A DNA stretch of 32,000 nt. Origin: Mycoplasmoides pneumoniae FH (lineage in GTDB: Bacteria; Bacillota_I; Bacilli_A; Mycoplasmatales; Mycoplasmoidaceae). The first letter of the stretch is position 1; every line of letters starts with the position of its first letter. The DNA lies in assembly GCF_001272835.1 (NCBI RefSeq), contig NZ_CP010546.1:302809-334808 (forward strand), read 5' to 3'. The translations under genes were made by a program, and so were the position numbers. Positions 28,839-32,000 of this stretch are shown here, one piece after another. The notes under the pieces were generated by a model. It ran no database searches and was not told where the DNA came from. It saw nothing but the letters and a program-made list of their open reading frames with translations.

Positions 28839-31198
28839 ATGAAATTTAAGTATGGAACGGTTGTTTTGGGCAGTTTTTTAGGGCTTTCTGTGGTGTTAGC
28901 TGCCTGTGGTGCTCGTGGTAAATTTGACCAATTTGATGATGGCAAAATTAAGCTAGCATCATCCTTAACTTCCAAAGCAGCTGCCAATGCTTTACAAACA
29001 ATAATAGAGAAGTACAACATTGTCAAAAGCGGCAAGGATTACCCCATTGAAATTACCCAAATTGCTGGTGGTTATGACGGCGGGCGGACTGATCTCCAAA
29101 CCCGAGTTAGTGTTAAGGATAAAACGAACTTTTATAACCTTATTTTGAACTATCCAGATTTAGTTTCTGTGTTAGCGCGCAGTGGAATGGAACTGCTTTT
29201 TGACAAAGTTAATGTTGATAAATTAGAGCCGAACTTCTTAAAGTTTAATGAACAGATTAGTGGAGTCGCTAAAAGTGGTAACTATGGTATTCCCGTGTCC
29301 CTTTCAACTGACATTTTGGTCTTAAATGGTCCGGTGTTGCACTATATTTTGAACAGTGCGAAGAAAGAAGAGGCTAATTCTCAAGTTAAAAGTCAAATAA
29401 AAACATCACAAATTCAAGCTAAAGGTTCATTAACAATTGATACAGATGAAAATACCAAATCACTTTGAGAGAAAATTCAAAATTCAGCCAAAGCTAATGG
29501 TGAAACTAATCAAAAAGGACGAAAAGCTGCAAAATCAAATAAAACTGCATTAGTTCAACTTAAAAATGGCGCTGATACTACCACTAACGAAGAGAATAAA
29601 GATACCAAAACTAGTGATGATAAAGTTAAACAAACTTGAGGTGATTATGTAGAAAAGGATGATGGTCTTAAAAACTATACCTTTAGGGCTAGCGTGTTTG
29701 AAAACTGGCATGATTTCCTCGATTTTTCGACAAGGGTAGCTAAATCTTTTACTGAAAAGGTAAGCAACATTACCAATAAAAAGGGCACTGATATTCAGGG
29801 AGTGCTTGGTGTCGACAGTTCTCCTAATGTTTTATTTGCCTCTGTATTTGCTGCAGGTGGTGGTAATTATGAAAACTTCTTTTATAAGGTGAAAGATGGT
29901 CGGGCTGATTTTAGTAACTTTAAGAACAAGGGTAGTTCTTACCAAAACCTCCAAAGCGTTTTTAAAGACTAAAGTGAACTAATTAAAAGTAACGGTCTTT
30001 TTGTCAATAAAGGTGGTTCTTATTCTTCCAATTTCCAGAAGTTTCACCAATTAGCTTACAGTATTTCTTCCACTTCTGGCTTTAAGTATTCGTTTGCCGA
30101 TAAGAACGCTAAGCGCTTGAAGTTTAGTGACGACAACACCTTCGTTGAATATCCTGATTTTACTCAGGAAATTAAGTCGCCAGACCAACAAAATGGTCAA
30201 AATACTGATGACAATAACAGTAAAAAAGAAGAAAACCTTTTAGGTACCTTTGAAGTTAAAGATTACTCGAAATCTAATAAAGGCGGGAAAGGAAAAAGTA
30301 AGGGTAAAGGCGGAAGCAGCAGTAATATGAAGACTATTTACATTTACAAAGGCTATATTCCTGAAGATAAAAAGAAAGGTGATAATGCCATTTTAGTTAC
30401 TGAGAAAAAAATTATTGATGCTTTAGAAAAAGCTGCTAATTCTAATGGTGAAAGTACACAATCTAATCCAAAAACCATAGCACTTCAAGCAGCTAAAAAA
30501 GAAACTAAAAAGAGCAATAAGAAAGAATCAAAAACGATTGGATATACAACTACTGGTTATGTCAATGCTGATGGTAAACATATTTTTGATACAGACAGAA
30601 TTAACAATGAGAGGTTTGATCGTAAAATTATTATTGGTGCTACTCTAGAAACTTTAGACCAATCTAGTACACTCCAAAGTGGTGAAGCAATTGTCTTACC
30701 AGCACCTGGTAAATATAAGAGTAGTGATCAAAAAACGGTTATGACAGCGCAAGGCCCCAAGATAATCGGGATCCATGCTAATGCTAAAGAGAACGAAGAA
30801 ACACAAAAATTTGTTAATTGGTTTTAAATACGCCAGAAACTTGAGAAAGTAAGAGGAATAAGAAAAACTCTAATGAAAAACAAACTGCAGCACAATACTT
30901 TGCTCAAGAGGCATCTTACATCTTGCCCTTAAAAGAAAACTTTGAAAAGGTTCAAATTAACGATAAAGGTGAGAAAAATGAAAATGACACAAAGGGCAAT
31001 ACTTATACCGCTAAAGCTTTAGAACTCTTTAAAAAAGTTTCTCAAAATGAAATCGTGAGTTACAGTGACCCAAGTGACTTTAGAAGTGGTAAGTTTCGTG
31101 ATGCGATTGGCTCTAACTTTAACGCCATTATTAATTCCAAAGGAGACTTCAATAAATTTATTAGTAGTTTTACCGCAAGTTTAGGCTCAGACTTTTAG
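28839..31198 (+). pseudogene. Large (~786-aa) surface lipoprotein gene, disrupted by an in-frame TAA and a frameshift in a T4 run
   Basis: The signal peptide plus lipobox is [22 protein letters not shown]|C. Frame 3 is continuous from 28839 to 30827 (TGA=Trp at 29466 and 29637) except for TAA 29970-29972. Frame 3 then stops at 30825-30827, while frame 2 continues from 30824 (LNTPETWESKRNKK...[13 protein letters not shown]...) to TAG 31196-31198. Track pieces are 28839-29468, 29694-29972, 30117-30827 and 30923-31198. Confidence 0.75.
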
Positions 31199-31337
31199 TC
31201 TTTTAAATACCCAATTGATTTATTTTTTAATCGATTAATTTATTTAATGGAAAAACAAGTAGATAAATTAGTGAAAACTTTAATTCATCAAAAAGCGTTT
31301 CAATAAATCCGGTTCTTAGAAATAAGGTTTTAATAAA

Positions 31338-31385
31338 AAAACATACCAGCAGTTAATGCTTCCAAATTAGCTGTGGGTATGTTTA
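31338..31385 (+). terminator. Imperfect long hairpin downstream of the lipoprotein gene (terminator candidate)
   Basis: acatacc(31341-31347)/ggtatgt(31376-31382) plus a further cag/ctg pairing, followed by ttattctt. Confidence 0.25.
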
Positions 31386-31431
31386 TTCTTGTCAAATAAA
31401 TAAAAAAGCCATCTATCTAAAAGACAGACAG

Positions 31432-31644
31432 CTAAAAAATACTTTTTTTAACGATATTGAAATTAACAGAAAGATCTGTTAGCAAATGTGAAGGAAGAGG
31501 CTCTATGCAAACTTTCAATATGTGGCGTGTTGAAAAACCTTTAAGAATATGCACCAATTGGGGGCAGAAAAGCAGGTCTTCAACATAAATTTTCGTTTTC
31601 CTGCTCCCATTAGATAAATTGAGTTGCTTTTTAAAAGACGCCAA
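31432..31644 (-). CDS. Unassigned ORF (70 aa from a TTG start; open frame extends to 31671)
   Basis: Track ORF only. I recognise no motif. The region is AT-rich. It may be a gene fragment. Confidence 0.2.
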   Translation of the reverse strand: MASFKKQLNLSNGSRKTKIYVEDLLFCPQLVHILKGFSTRHILKVCIEPLPSHLLTDLSVNFNIVKKSIF

Positions 31645-31742
31645 AAAGATTAAATGTTCTTCTAATTTGGTTTTTTAACTTCTTCTAACTATTAATAGGG
31701 TCTTTTACTTTCTAAAAATTTTTTGAAGTTATTTTGTCACAT

Positions 31743-32000
31743 TTACTTTTTGGGCAATTTAGATCATGAATACCGAAAAAGTATAAGATTCATTAAGTTA
31801 ACGAGGTATCACCTCTTTTTAAAACAAGCCCAATCGCAACTCGTTTCTTTGTTTAACCAAAACTTTTTGCAAGTTTTGTTGGCATTTCTAAATAAATCTT
31901 TCAATTTATTTAGTGATGACACAAAAATTAATATGTTGAACTTTTTAAATAAATCAACAATGGTATTGATCCCCGTTGGCAGCAGTGCTCCAAGTTCTAG
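31743..32000 (-). CDS. Unassigned partial ORF running off the window (3' end at TAA 31743-31745)
   Basis: 85 consecutive sense codons under code 4 (3 TGA=Trp) in about 30% GC sequence: ...LELGALLPTGINTIVDLFKKFNILIFVSS...RWYLVNLMNLILFRYSWSKLPKK*. It is absent from the track because it has no start codon inside the window and is split at TGA. No motif recognised. Confidence 0.3.

Noticed and set aside
31257-31316. 19-aa plus-strand mini-ORF (MEKQVDKLVKTLIHQKAFQ) after the lipoprotein gene
   Set aside because: It is too short, has no SD or promoter evidence, and lies in AT-rich spacer.
1-32000. CRISPR arrays, tRNA or rRNA genes, IS elements or transposases, prophage genes
   Set aside because: Scanning by eye found no spaced direct-repeat arrays, no cloverleaf-compatible conserved tRNA boxes, no transposase or integrase motifs, and no terminal inverted repeats bracketing the accessory island.

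Overview
The window reads as a Mollicutes chromosome segment that uses genetic code 4 (TGA = Trp). Nearly every conserved gene is cut into pieces at TGA in the supplied ORF track. These pieces rejoin into full-length, motif-complete proteins once TGA is read as Trp. GC content of about 40% and the gene order suggest Mycoplasmoides (Mycoplasma) pneumoniae, roughly the pgsA-to-RNase J neighbourhood (MPN253 to about MPN282). That identification is from memory and is not verifiable here. The gene order I can support is: pgsA' - cinA-like (frameshifted) - IspD-like - acidic hypothetical - galE - ABC ATPase plus 2 permeases - topA - RNase-Y-like paralog - trxA - Cof/HAD - trpS(-) - spx - nadK - EIIB-like - rny - small membrane protein. 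This is followed by a roughly 3 kb accessory island, then HIT(-) - membrane protein(-) - ybaB - membrane protein(-) - lysS - glf - lepA - rnj - a large disrupted lipoprotein gene - and an AT-rich tail that I could not interpret. The island holds a frameshifted lipoprotein, a DUF16 pseudogene, an hsdS relic and a small tail-anchored ORF. I found no rRNA, tRNA, CRISPR array, IS element or prophage. The points most worth a second look are: (1) a catalytically dead, architecture-preserving paralog of RNase Y next to topA; (2) two other enzyme-like proteins with ablated active sites, a cytidylyltransferase fold and a Cys-less membrane-anchored EIIB; (3) a decayed lipoprotein-DUF16-hsdS module; and (4) five gene disruptions, three of which sit in mononucleotide runs and so could be phase variation, decay or assembly error.
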